Of a stretch of 64,000 bases of DNA, positions 26,501 to 41,330 are shown one piece after another. Every line of letters starts with the position of its first letter. Within the stretch, counting starts at the first letter, position 1. The translations under genes were made by a program, and so were the position numbers. The notes beneath the pieces are model-generated. The model searched no databases, had not been told where the DNA came from, and saw only the letters and a list, made by a program, of their open reading frames with translations. Source of the DNA: the human T2T-CHM13v2.0 reference genome, Homo sapiens; assembly GCF_009914755.1 (NCBI RefSeq), contig NC_060930.1; one strand, given 5' to 3'.

Positions 26501-28424
26501 TACTGGAGGAGTTTGAGATAAAGGATGCCTTCTTTATGCATCCCATGAACGGGATCCCTGGGCCACACAGATTGCACATCCATGTTGCGGCCTTTTATAT
26601 TTCAGCCATTTGGCATACACTGGATTCTAAACCTTAAGGAATATGCAAACCATGACATTAATATGTCACTCTTCTGGGGTCAGATTTAAGGAAACCTTGT
26701 GCTCCAGGATGGCATCAAAGTAAGAGACCACGTGTTCCAAAAGTGATTTTTATAAATCCCTTGCCCTAGATCTATGCACTAGAGCTATGTAGTTTCATAA
26801 AAACTATACCCAAAGCTTACTGCCTATTAGGTTGGATACATTTTCCTGGTCACAAGCAACACCAAAGAAAGAGACCTGAAGTGTAAGGAAAACTATTAAA
26901 GGACAGGTGATGTGACAACTGATTCAACATTCTGTTAGAAAGAAGGGGAAATTCAGGACAGAATTATTATCCTGCATTAAAAAATACAAGTTTCCAAGTC
27001 ACCAGGATAAGTTTAAATGATATCACTATGTCCAATATCCTCTGCTTAAGAAGGCAGGAGTGTAAAATATATATTTAAAGCAAATTTCCATGAAAAAGGG
27101 GAAAACAGCTTTTTGCATAAGTGGTGAAATTTACATTATTGTACAGTGTGCTTGTGTAGAATATATAAATCTCTAAGGATGGATAATAAAACATTGGGCT
27201 TGGGTATATATACTTGGGAATTTTTACTGCTTATTATGTTTACTTACTTATTTTCAGAATGAATTATATAATGTTACTAAATTATAGTAAATAGTACATT
27301 TAGTAAATTATATATAAAGTTACTAAAAATGGTAGTCATCAGCCTACTAAGTAGTGTACAGATAACTCTGCTCTTATGAGACAGCAGAGAGAATCTATCC
27401 CCTCTTATGAGAGCAAATGCTTGTCTTCTGGGGGTGACAGTGAGCTTGGCTTTCTTACTCATTGAAGAGCCTTTGGGAGCCCCTGTACCAACCCTGCCTC
27501 AAAAAGAAAGGCTTCCAGGATGAAAGGCTCCCCCAACCAAGGCTAATTTCAATTTTTAGTTCTCAAAACTTGAAAAAGACCTTTTCAAAGTACACTATTT
27601 TAAAATAAAATCATTAGAGAAATAAATGTTTATATAAATCACTGTTCTATTAATCTTGTTAACAGCAGTGGCTAATGTGTATGAAAGGAAGATGAAATTC
27701 CCTCATACATCTCTTGGCCAGCTACGTTTTACATATGACAGAGATTTTAAGGGTGCACTTTTTGTTTGTTTGTTTTTTAAGTCAAGTCACATTGTTTAGG
27801 CCCTGGAACTTGACATGGAAGTTCTTGTACTACATAAATACTGTTCACCTGGTAGAGCTTATCTACCTATGTGGGCTCATTTAACATACATTTACTCTTC
27901 TAATTCTGATGATTTCCATGGGACTTTGAGAATCTGTTTACTAGACTGAGTGTGCAATGTGCATATTTATTCACACAAAATAAAGACACATTTGTCCTGT
28001 CGATGTGTTACGTCTGTCAAAATCATCCACTGATTCCAGCCCTCGGTTTGAAATGTGAAGTCTGGTTGTTGTGCGTGATCCTAGACAATGTATAGGGAAA
28101 GGAGGGCATCAGTTGCATCTAGGAGTGACCTAAATTTGAGACATCAAAAACTCTGACTTATAGTAACTAGAACATAGCATCTTGAAAACAGTAGCAGCAC
28201 GAAAGTGACAAGCTAGCATATAAACAAGCAGGCAAAGTGAAGGAATAAACTAAAATATAAATCTACATGATATTTAACATGGAGACCATATCAAATCCTT
28301 AGGTTTGCTTCAAATCCATGTAAGTTACCTTATTGGTTTGCATCTTTATCGGGTCTTTCCTCACTCTCTTCTGCTTTATGTCAGTCATAAAGGCAGGTCC
28401 TAAGACTTTCTCATTACCTGTGTG

Positions 28425-29197
28425 GTATAGTTCCTCTGTATTTGAGGATTCTGCATCCGTGAACTGAACCAACCTCAGATCAAAAATATTTGGAAAAAAA
28501 ACAACGCAAGGGCTGAGTGTGGTGGCTCATGCTTGTAATCCTAGCATTTTGAGAGGCGGAGGCAGGTGGATCACTTGACTCCACGAGTTTGAGACCAGCC
28601 TAGCCAACATGGCAAAACGCTGTCTCTACTAAAAATACAAAAATTAGCCAGGTGTGGTGGCGTGCACCTGTAATCCCAGCATTTTGAGAGGCTGAAGCAG
28701 GTGGGTCACTTGACTCCACGAGTTTGAGACCAGCCTGGCCAACATGGCAAAACCCTATCTCTACTAAAAATACAAAAATTAGCCAGGTGTGGTGGTGTGC
28801 ACCTGTAATCACAGCATTTTGAGAGGCTGAGGCAGGAGGATTGCTTAAATTCAGGAGGTGGAGGTTGCAGTGAGCTCAGATCATGCCGCTGCACTCCAGC
28901 CTGGGTGACAGAGCAAAATTTCGTCTCAAAAAAAAAAAAAATTAAAATGACAGTACAACAATAAAAGTAATATAAATTTAAAAATCAGTACAGCACTAGA
29001 ACTATTTACTTAGCATTTACATTGCATTAGGTATTATAAGTAATCTACAAATGATTAAAAATATACAAGAGAATGTACGTAGGTTATATGCAAATAGTAC
29101 ACCATTTTATATCAGGGACTTGAGCATCCTCAGATTTTGGTATGTATGGGGAGGGCAAGGATAGACCCAATTCCCCATAGATACCAAGGGACGACTG
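28425..29197 (-). mobile_element. MER2 (TcMar-Tigger MITE) split by an Alu
   Basis: gattctgcatccgtg..aaccaacc...; gggacttgagcatcc...gataccaagggacgactg followed by TA. Confidence 0.85.
28511..28940 (+). mobile_element. Alu with duplicated left arm (trimeric, 135-bp period)
   Basis: tgtaatc at 28534, 28669 and 28804; two left-arm copies, then a right arm and poly-A. Confidence 0.93.
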
Positions 29198-29579
29198 TAC
29201 TCAGGGTCAGATATTTTCCATGCAGCTGTCATCTTATTTTTAGTTGGTTTACAAATGCTCTTTAAAGAAGATTTTCCTAGACTTCCTAATAACCAACCCC
29301 TCCACAGCCAATTAAAAGAGACCATGGGGGCATGAGCATTTATTTTAGATCTGGAGGCACTCCGAGGAATTCATCTGTTTTCAGCTTCTGCTTTTTGCTC
29401 AGAGAGGTCGTATATACCCATTTTATGGATTTAGTTGAGGCTCAAGGAGACAGAGAGCAAAAGGAAGCAGAGTGGGCGCATACCACATTTTAGGCCTTTT
29501 CTCTGCTTGTGTCATTACTGATTTCTTGTAGTTCTCTTTATTATTTTAGAGATACTAATTTTAAATCTTCCCATGAGAA

Positions 29580-29910
29580 CAATCTTTGTAAAATGGGGAT
29601 AATAACTATATCTGTCTGACAAAGCTGTTGTGGATTAAAGGATTTATGTAAACCTCAGTGCCTGTCTGTTACTCTAATGTTATTGTGGGGCCATGAGCTG
29701 CACTTTTAGGGCAGAGAGAAACAATGAAATTTGGCTCTATTTAAAATACAGCTTTTAAGTTAGAAGGAATCTTAAAAATAAAACATTCTACTTTACTGTT
29801 TTGTAGCTAAAGAAACTAAGGCCGAGAGAGGAAGATTACCCAGCTAGACAGGGATGGGCATGAGATAAGCTCCCAAATCGCCTCTTTACTAGTTCAAGTC
29901 TTCTTTCACT
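29580..29910. mobile_element. MIR fragments (+ ~29580-29670; MIR3-like - ~29750-29910)
   Basis: tgtaaaatggggataataa; agaaactaaggccgagagagg. Confidence 0.55.
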
Positions 29911-31117
29911 CTGTTAGAAAATGCTTATGTTTTTTTAATCCAGTATATTTAGCTATGTACATATACTGTAAGACACCCTTGGGAAATAAGCTGCATTCTT
30001 TAGCAAAAGCCTTTACTTCTGGGACCACAAGGACTGGATTGAGCAAAGGGCTTCTGCAGGACAGTTAAATGCAGCCACCGTTCTTTCTGACTATGTCTCA
30101 GAGAACCCAGTGTGCACGTTCTCTGTATCAGAGACTGGAACTCCGAGCTAGACACAGCCACTATTTCCCTACCCTCCAGATAGAGCTCTTCACCATGAAT
30201 AATATGCATTTCTTAATGAAGACTAAACATCCACCAGCATTGGAATCTCTTCAATATCACACAATGAATCAAGTATCTGGATTCTAGGAGCAGAAGGAAG
30301 TGTGTTTGCATGTAGGCATCATAAGATTAAGGAGAGAGTACATACACTTGGGAGTGAGAAAATAGGCTAAACAGAAGAGTATGAGAAAATTAGCTCAGGT
30401 GATTTGATGTGAACATCTGCAGAAATTGCTAGTGGGCACTGTGTCTAATTAAATCCACTAGACATATGCATGCCTGTTATCTGTGGAATGGTGTTCTTCC
30501 TGAAGCTGCACCTGTTGCTAGCAGGGATAGATTTCCATTCTATCACACGTAATGTCAAAAGGGTTCTAGGGAGAAAAATTCGAGGCTCCAGTCGGCTTCA
30601 CTTAGAGACAAGCACATCAGTGGTATGAGAGAGCCACACTCGGGACTCAAATACAGACTGAAAGCAGATACACTGAGACTTCACCATTCTCCAAACCACC
30701 TCTCCCGAGCTCCTCACGATTCTGACGGAGACAGTAGGCTTCTGGTTCGTGTAGATTTTAGAAACCAACACTGTGAACCAAATTTCAAAGACAGCATTTA
30801 ACTGATTAAATGCTGGCTTGAACACAAGGCAAAGACAAACACAGGGCAAAATGTTTAAGTTCATGTCAGCCTTCATTTGTATACAAATGTCTATTGTGCA
30901 AATAACAAATGATCTTTGTACATCAGAACAGGCTGTTTTTGGCAGATGTTCCCTTGGTTATCTCACAACGGGTCAGTCCTTAGTTTGTGTGTAGCTATGT
31001 TCCAAGCTGTTCCTTTGATTTGTCTCCTCACTAATTAACAGTCTCCCCAGTTCAGCGGGTACTGATGTTCCACCCAGTCCATTGGATTTTCAGTGGATAC
31101 AAATTGCGTTGAAGAAG

Positions 31118-31335
31118 CAGCAGGGCACAGAGATTAATAATGCAGTCTCTGGAGTCATCCCAGCTCCTTGTTTACTAGCTAGTTACTCAGTTCTTTAGGC
31201 CTCAGTTTCCTCATCTGTAAGGTAGCAATAACAGTGGCACCACCTCACAGGGTTCTTGTGCCAGTTAAATGAAGCAAGTCTTATCAAGTGCTTAGAGTTG
31301 TACTTGGCAAAGTGGAAATGCCCATCAATGTTAGA
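31118..31335 (+). mobile_element. MIR
   Basis: gcctcagtttcctcatctgtaa...acctcacagggtt. Confidence 0.8.
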
Positions 31336-31336
31336 T

Positions 31337-31624
31337 TTCTTTTTCGAGACAGGACCTTGCTTTGTGGCCTAGGCTGGAGTGAAGTGGTGTGATCATAGCT
31401 CACTGCAGCCTCGAACTCCCAGGCACAGGCAATACTGCCTCAGCCTCCCAAGTAGCTAGGACTACAGATACATGCCATCACACTCAGCTAATTTTTAAAT
31501 TTTTTGTAGAGGTAGGGTCTTGCTATGTTGCCCAGGATGGTCTTGAACTCCTGGCCTCAAGCAATCCTCCTGCCTCAACCTCCTAAAGCTCTGGGATTAC
31601 AGGTGTGAGCTACCATGTCTGGCC
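31337..31624 (-). mobile_element. AluJ
   Basis: J-type gatcatagctcactgcagcctcgaactcc and tttttaaattttttgtagag. Confidence 0.92.
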
Positions 31625-31642
31625 AAATGTCAAATATTTTTA

Positions 31643-32068
<426 letters not shown>

Positions 32069-32717
32069 CTAATTAAAGACCTATAATATTATATAGTCAT
32101 AATGTTATTTACCTCAGTTCTATATACCAGTAGTCACTTTATCACTTCCATTACCTGTCCCCCAACTGGCAGGTAAATGTCCATGGGCTCATGTGATCTG
32201 GTGAATTAAAAACTTGGTTGACAGACAGAGAAAAGTTGTGTTCTTGGCTAGATTTCCCACTAATTCTGTAAAAATATACATGTCACTACTGCTTACTTAC
32301 ATTTTTAGATAATGATATGATAACAAGGAAATATTTCAAATCTAGTGTCTCTCACTCATAGTATAATGAGAAAATTCTAGAAAGCAGATCTTTGAGGGGA
32401 AGACGGGGTGGAAAACAGACAATGAGTGGAGGCTGAGATACCCAGCTCCTCTATCGGGTATGTCTCTAGCTGCTTGCTTCTTGCTTCTCCTTTCCTTGTG
32501 TCCGCAAACACCACCCCAGAGTGACGTAACCAAGGTTGATGAGGTCAGGATGTGATGTGTTTGTGGTTTTAACTGGAGTTGTGGAATCTGAGGATGCTGC
32601 GTATGGAGATAGCCTTACAGAGGACTTCTGCAATAGCAATAACTCCAAGGGTGGAGAAGTATTCTGTGTAGTAGATGCATGAAATCACTGTTATTGGCAT
32701 TGGCCTCTCCATAGGAC

Positions 32718-33092
<375 letters not shown>

Positions 33093-35519
33093 TGATATCT
33101 AAATGGTGATTAAAACACAATCATTTAAAACACAATGTGCTATTTCTGCCACAATGTATTTGAATTTGTATTCTCAGTATGTATTTAAAATTATTATCCT
33201 TTTATTTAACATAATTTATTCAATTAGACTTGTAAATAACATTTTATGGTGTTTTAAATGAATATATTGGTCTATTTCTGTGAGGCATTTGGAATATCTA
33301 TAAAGTGTGATGTTAGACAGAAAAGCCAGCACTAAATAAACATTCACATTCACACTGCTTCTCTATCATGTCCGAGAAATTTAATCTCAAATTAGCCCCT
33401 ATGGAGTAAAAGTCTGTGTAAACAGATGGACTTTGCACCTTGCCGCAAAGGTCAGCTGACGACAGCACTGTGAGTTTGGCAGCAAATCCCTTAGTCAGAG
33501 AAGGACCTTCCCATAAGAAAAACTTCGTCTTTATTTCAGTTCTCGTGACATGAATGAGACTTGGCTTCCATCACAAACTTGGCAGTCAGCGAGGCTTCCA
33601 GAGGATTCTATTAGCAATGATGATGATGATGGTTGAGATGGTGCAAAGCCCTTTATACTGTTCTGAGGCTCTTTCACATGCCTTGTGAAAAATTCTCACC
33701 ATTTAACCTTAAAACACCATCAGATAAGAAATGTATATATGCAAAGTATTTTTTTTTTCCAGGAAAAGAAAATAGATGTAATTCAATCTGGGTTCTTAAA
33801 TTTTTCAGATCTAAATGAACTTTAAAATATGCTTGGATATATCTCTGAGGAATATAACCTTAACATTTTTCAGTGTTCAACCTAGACTAATAATAATATC
33901 AGCAACTCTGGTTTGGGGATCACAGAACTCACAAACCATTCACATCTGGCACATTTCATACCCCTTTCCTGATTCTACTGTAAGAACAGTCAACAGGAAA
34001 TATGTTCACCGTAAATGACTGTGAGGCAGTGATGCATGCTGCAGCTTCATTCTTCTGGGAGAGTCTGAGTTTCCACCATAAGAAAAGTCAGAGATGTAGT
34101 TATTTCCTGTCTTCCTCTTCACTGAATCCTTGGACTGTACCCATTTTATGTTCTTAAGTGAAAATGCTTTCTTCACTGTGTGTCTGAAAGTGTACGAAGT
34201 ATGTTTCTGAACAGAGTGCCTATTGGATCTTCTCTACAATCATAGTAGAGCTCAAAAGAACTTTGTTCAGGGTCCAGCTAATTTTCTTTTTCTTTTTCTT
34301 TTTTTCCTGCCCCACAGCTATTGTTGGAGTGTCATATGGGCATCTCTCTCATCTCCCAGATCGATGGCATCGTCTAGGACTTCCCACATAGACAAGATAA
34401 ACGAAAGGCTTCCATGGACAGGTATGTAACTGTGGAGACAGCAGCGCTGCAGAAGAGGCCTCCTGATCAGAAAGAATGTCTGTCCCACAGTTGACTCTCT
34501 GGCTCTGCAGTCACCTTTGACATGACTTGCTGAATAGGAGTTTGTTTTCCAATTTCCATGGTTCAGCCATAGGCCATGCAAAGTAAATACTAGTAAATGA
34601 GCAACAGTAGGTTCAAAGGAACATAAGACTAGAGTCCCTCCTCCTTTTGAAGACAGTTTGGGTAGCATTCACATGTGAATCAATCTGTTTGGGGTCTTTG
34701 AAGTGACTTTGATTAAGAGTTGTGGCCCAATAGTAGTGAAACGGGCAGGGCCGTCAAAAGAATTGGCAGTTCCAATATGGACACTCAGCCTGTGCTCCAC
34801 AGCCAGAGAGAGCCCCAGGTGATACCCATACACAGAGCGGTTTTAGCCTTGGAAAAACAAGTCAGAAACTCACTATGCAGGGAGGTTTGCATGGAAAGGG
34901 GTTTCGTTTGAAGTAAAGAAAATATACCATAAGACTTCATAACCCTACAGATCAGCTATGAATTAAATTAATTCACAGAATGTTAGACTTCTTCATAGTG
35001 CTCTTTAGTAAGCACAAAACACCTTTCTTTTTTTAAAAAACAAACACTTTATGTATTTTCAAAGGCACAATTTATCTGTTTATGAATAAAACAAAAACAA
35101 TTAATGTCCCAAAATTTCAGGAACCACATAAAATCAAATGCAGTTCACTAAATTCTCCTTGATTATATTAAAAATGTTAAAATTAACAAATACTTAAATT
35201 TGGTAGGCTTCCCTGAATGCAAACATCTTTTGGAATAAGAAGAAAAAAAATAATTTATGGAAAGACTAGGATTTCTGCCTACCTTCACTTCAGCAGAGGA
35301 ATAAAAATAATTCAAGAGCCCATTTCTTTGCTTTTTGTGTTTCAATTAACTATAAAATGTGCATCTGTCTTACTCATGTATTTTGACTTAACTTATTTTT
35401 CTCCTTACTTTATGTTCTCCTTCACTGCCTACTGCTACACATTGTGGAATTAGCTTTTCGTTCTCAAACAAACATAGATTAACTCTGGAAGCCAAACGAA
35501 AGGAAATATTTGAGATCAG

Positions 35520-35720
35520 AAGTATAGTTGGCATAGTGGAAAGATAGGCTTTAGGGTCAGACAAAAATTAATAAGTGACCTAGGTCAGTTGCCCCACTTT
35601 TAAACCTAGTCTCAGCATATAAAAATTGGGAACATAATACTTCTTACTGAGTTGCTATGGAGATTAGAGATTTTAAAAAGCGAATGATAAGCTATGCAGT
35701 TAGATGTTCAAAAATGGTAG
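35520..35720 (+). mobile_element. MIR
   Basis: gcatagtggaaaga..ggctttagggtcagac..gtgacc. Confidence 0.6.
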
Positions 35721-37689
35721 TGTTAATTTTACAGCATTTCTATTTGCTGATTTTCTGATTTCATCAGCTCTACAGTCAGTTACTTTAGACTGGTGCTATT
35801 TTGTCCTGGGGCAACATTATATTTTATAGTTCCGGTTTTCATGGAATTTTTATCATAAATGCAAACGTGCATAAATGATTTTAAAATTAATTTTTTCTTA
35901 GGATGGGTAATTTGTACTATTAATGATGATGATGATTTTTTTTAGAACAGTAATTTAAAAGGGATATGAAAAGAGCAGGACTACATAATTATTGGCTTAA
36001 ATTACAATGAGAACAAACATATCCCATTCTAACAAGAATGTTTAAATTGTTACCTAGTTTGATCCAGAAGGAAAAGGAAATCTCTAGCCAGTACGGGAAA
36101 ATTCTCTTTTGCTGTGCTGTAGATATCTACAATTCATAATATTCTTCAGGCCTAAACTACTCCTATGGTGCCATTTCTGGCTTAGACTCTGGTGCTTTTA
36201 ATGGATGTCCAAGCAGAACAAATCTGCAGTCACCAGCAAATTTTATTATCTAAACATGGAAAGATTTGTCCACATTATAAGAAAACAGATTTTTTTTTTT
36301 TTTAGTAATCTCTAGGAGAGTCTGAGGTCCCCAAAGGATTATTACTATAAATAACCGTATAGCTACTGAAAAAGATTTATATATGTATATGGCAAGATGC
36401 TTTCCATCTAGATGCTGAAGTTTGGTCCTTCTGAGTCCACCAAGGTGTGAGCTGGCAGAGGAGGTGGCTAAAGTCTGAGACCTAGATGAAAGGGTTAATA
36501 GCTGCACTCTTACATTGAATTTGTGAAGGGTGAGAAAACTTAGGAAACGAGATTTTTTTCTGAGAATAATATGCCAAGTGAAGCCACGATGGCACGTGTA
36601 TGCCATGAGTGCTGCTAGGATCTCTTCCCTACATTTCGGCTTGTCAGTTTGTCCTAATTAATCCCAACCAATGGATACCTTCAAGCACATGAATGTGGAA
36701 CATGTCAAAGACTAATTATCTTGGGCCTTAACACTGTCTTCCTGCCAAACCTAAGTCTTTCCTCTACGGAATTAAAAATACTGTCTGTAATTCACAAAAC
36801 CCTATTAGAAAACTTTTGATTCATTAAAGATGGGAATAATACTTTTATTTTTAATGTCCATTATATCTACATACTTCTGAATGTTAAAAAGGGTCTAGTT
36901 TCTTCTTCTACCCTGATACTTCTTTTTTTAAAAAAAAAAAAAAAAAAATGTTCCAAGTTGCCATTAAAAGTTCAGAAGGAAAAGGTAAGACAATCAGAAG
37001 AAAACATCCTTTACACATTTTACTGTTGAAGTGAAGATTTCAGGAAACTCTTGATTTGGCAGAGACTAGAGTGGGGTAAGTTCATGAAAACAGAACGTTT
37101 AGAGAAAAACGCTGGCGAAGCAAGGATGAGAAGAAAGAGACCCAAAGGAGTAATTCCTTCTCAGGAAGACAAGAAAGGGGAATTAGAAGAGAGATTTTTT
37201 GGAATATGAGGCTTGCTGTCATCTCCTAAAACCAAGAAATAAAAAAAAAATTTAAAAAATGGGGAAAGTCTCTTCAGGAGGAGGAAAGAGGAGAGAGTAC
37301 CCTGCCAGGTAGGGCCACCTCACAGTGGTGACTTGTTCCAGTCATTATCTATAAAAAATGAAAAAGCCATTTTGTTTTACTTTTGTTCATCTGTTTCATT
37401 AGCTCAGATAATATTTGTATTAGAGTTTTATTTGGCAATCACAGTCACTATTTATACTAATTGGCAACCATTCATACTTAATGGAAACCTAAGTAATATT
37501 TGCTGCTAAAGCAAACATTATAATAAACTAATCTCTGATTCCAATGATTCTTGATAATCCTGGCTTTGTAAGATCATGTTTGAATTTAAAACATTTGACT
37601 GTGACCTCCATCCCCTAAGTGCTGTGCTGATTATATTTGATTTCATCTTTGGTTCCAATGTGGCTTCCCTCTGATAGTGTAACAATCAT

Positions 37690-37880
37690 CATAATACATC
37701 TTACTTCATATAATACCTCTTTATAGTTTACAAAGTGATCTCACATGTGTTATTTTTACAACGAGAGGTAATATACTGATTTTATAGATAAGTAAACCGA
37801 GGCACAAAAATAAGTGACAAAGATAATCAAAGCCAGGCTTTCTGACTCCAAATCTAATAGTTATACCACCAACTACTGTA
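37690..37880 (-). mobile_element. MIR
   Basis: attttatagataagtaaaccgaggcaca...tctgactccaaa. Confidence 0.65.
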
Positions 37881-39377
37881 CAAATTAAATGCACTGAATG
37901 TGATACATGCCTTCCATAAATCTGCAGAAAGATGTAATGGTGACTGTCATTGGTATGGAGTGTGTAGAGCTGAATCACAGCATCCTAGATGTCTTTCTAA
38001 AATGTATCCTAAAAATGACTCCGCGGGTTGAGAAGGGCTACCACCCTCCAATGCTTGAATGTTGTGACACCACTGATTGACACAAACCCAGCTCAGGCCT
38101 CAGGAAGAGTAGGGGGAGACAAGCCAAGTCACAATCCAAATTAGTGCAGCCGCTCCTGCAGCAAGGGGAACACAATGTGGTCTTTGACTAACCTTTCAAT
38201 GCCCTGTGTAGCTTGAGCCCTGAGGGCGGTGCCGAGCTGACAGCCTGGAACATTGACCAACACGCTGCAACTGACGTGTAAATCACCCTCCGACTAGGGG
38301 TCCCGAATCTGGAAAAGGAAATGTCATCTTTGGACTTTGCCCATCATGTGTTTATGCACGAACAGTCCTTTCAAGTGCCTCTCTCCACCTTTGCAGACAA
38401 GTGGCATAATGCAGGTAGAGATCACATTTTTGGAGTTTATTCCTAAGACTGGCTGTTAGTTTTTATAAACATTCCTTTTATCTGAAATTTAACCATAATT
38501 TTTTTTTCTTAAAATGCCATATCTTCCTATATTTAGAGGGCAGGATGCCGAGTCCATATCTACTCAATATATCAAATATTTTCAGTAAGCCAGGAATTAG
38601 AGCTTCCTTTTGTAATCAACAAAACTCCTGGTAACTTCATCTTTACTAACAGCCTCATCCTTTCCTGCCATTTCTTTGTTTGTTTGTTTAATAATTTGGT
38701 AGTACTGCTGTTGCCTTGCTTCCTGGCACCACTAGCCTGTCTGGGCATGATCTTTCTTTCCCCTCTTCCAATTACTGGCCTCTGTTTGCCTCAAAGAGCC
38801 CACTTCTTAGGCACCACCTTCCCAACCCCTCTAAGCCACTGCTTACTTGGATTGTGAGCTGTCGGCCCTTGTTCCCGGCTTCTGATATCACACCTACTGG
38901 CCAGGCTGAAATTCCTCCCTGCATCCTCTGCAGCTGCCACTCTCAGAGCCATTCCTCCTAGATCCCACATGTGCATTCCAGGGCCTCTCAGTTGGCATCT
39001 TCGCCATGCAGGCAATTTGGTCAAGTCATTGTAGCATCCTGAGACATTCACTCTATCCATATAATTTATGCATTGGCCATTTCTTGTCCTTTGAGAAATA
39101 CCACTGATTGTCACTAGTGAGTGGGAGAAGTGGAACTAAAAGCCAGCCACACTGGGTAGTAACTTATAAGCAGTTCTTGAAAATATTAACAAGATGACAT
39201 CAAACTTTATGTCAAAAATGAAGCATTTTGTCTCTCCTATTTTCATTCCTATTAACATGGCCAATCAAGAGTTATCAGTAACTTAAATGTGTATATGAAT
39301 TTCCTGAGTATTTTTAATTCAATTCGTCTAGGGTCAGGACTGAAATTCTGCATTTCTTTTTTTTTTTTAAAAAAATA

Positions 39378-39539
39378 GGCCAGGCGCAGTGGTTCACGCC
39401 TGTAATCCCAGCACTTTGGGAGGCCAAGGCGGGCAGTTCACGAGGTCAGAAGATCGAGACCATCCTGGCCAACATGGTGAAACCCTGTCTCTACTAAAAA
39501 TACAAAAATTAGCTGGGTGTAGCAGCGGGCACCTGTAAT
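39378..39539 (+). mobile_element. 3'-truncated AluSc-like element
   Basis: Complete left arm and linker plus ~30 nt of right arm, then an abrupt stop with no poly-A. Confidence 0.9.
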
Positions 39540-40204
39540 GCATGTTACTTTATAGGATTGGCAGAGCAAAGAGCAAGAGGGGACAGATATGGCAAAGGTA
39601 ATATAATTCAGATTCTTCTGATAATTTATAAATATCTGGTAGAAATATAAGTTATACTACTGGAATTCCAATTATATTTTAGGAATTCTTATTAACTTAA
39701 AATCAATAGACTATCCAAATAAATTAAATTAAATGTGAACTTAATTTTGATTTTTGTTTTCCTTAGTTTGTAAGATATAGATAATTTCCAAAAGTGTAAT
39801 TTGTGAATGAGGTACTAGAGTCTTCTCTTAAAAATAATTGTTTGCTTAACAGAATTTAGAATGGAATTGTGAATGAATAAAAACCATACTGGGACCAAAG
39901 TCATCAAGAAACTGAGTACAGCTATGGGAATTTCATTGTACCCTTGAGGGGCCTCCTTTTAAGACCACACAGGCCAAGTTAGCTAACCACCCCCTGCCAA
40001 GAGTGGAAGAGCTTTTCACTAACAACAGCAAATATTACTTAAAATATTGAGAACATTTAATATGAAAAACAATTTCCAAAGAAGCAAGAGTTCCCGTTGC
40101 TGCTGCAAAAAGCAATGCTTTTAGTTAAATGAAATAATCCTATTATATCATTTCTTAATATTGTATTTAGTTTTCAGAGGCAGATGCAGTATGCTTTGAA
40201 ATTA

Positions 40205-40310
40205 AGATCATTGAATAGATATTTATATGGCAGGCCATTTAGCTAGGGGCCAGGAATATAGGGTGAACAATACACACATAATCCTTGCCTTCATTGAGAT
40301 TTCAGACTGC
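40205..40310 (-). mobile_element. L2 3' tail
   Basis: Reverse complement reads gaaggcaaggattatgtg..tgttcacc..cctagc..gcctgccatata. Confidence 0.55.
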
Positions 40311-40553
40311 ATTGATTTTTTATTCCTACTAGATGTGTTTTCCATTGTGATCCCCCTCCCCAATTCAGTTTTGAGTACAAAACTGAATCTTGAACCCTGA
40401 TCCAAACTTTTAAAAAATGTGCACAAATGGAGTATTTGTAAATAATGCTACCCGTTGGAAAGATCATGCATCTTACACCTTTTATCAATAAAAATATGTT
40501 TATGTCTATGTATATGTATAAGCTAATGGCTTCTGCCTTTAAACCTACTTCTA

Positions 40554-40857
<304 letters not shown>

Positions 40858-40959
40858 CCTACTTCTAAATTTTGTGCAACAAAATGCAGTGTAATTACTC
40901 ACTTATAGGTCTGTCTCCTTAACGAGGCTGTTTACTCATTGATAGATCCACTACAATCC

Positions 40960-41330
40960 ATTGAGTTGCCAAGCCAGAAACTGGGCCTTCCTGGGTCTAC
41001 CTAATCATGTTGATTGAATTTCGCAAACAACTTTCAAATCATCCCTTTTCAGGTCCTATAAATGTTCATCCAGGCAATTACTACAGCCTCCTCACTTGCT
41101 TCTTCTCTGGACAGTCCCCCACACTGCCCCTGATCTCTGACTTCCAATCTGACGTCTACAGTGCCCAGAGGAAGCTCTCTAAAACATCAATCGTTCTTGT
41201 CGCTCCTCTGACATCTATAGTGCCCGGAGGAAGCTCTCTAAAACATCAATCGCTCTTGTCACTCCTGGCTTCAGTGGATACTCATTACTATCAGTTTAAA
41301 ATCCAAAGCTGTATACAAGTTCCATGAACA
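40960..41330 (+). mobile_element. L2 fragment containing a 59-bp tandem duplication
   Basis: gttgccaagccagaaac...ttactacagcctcctcact...aaaatccaaa. Confidence 0.6.
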
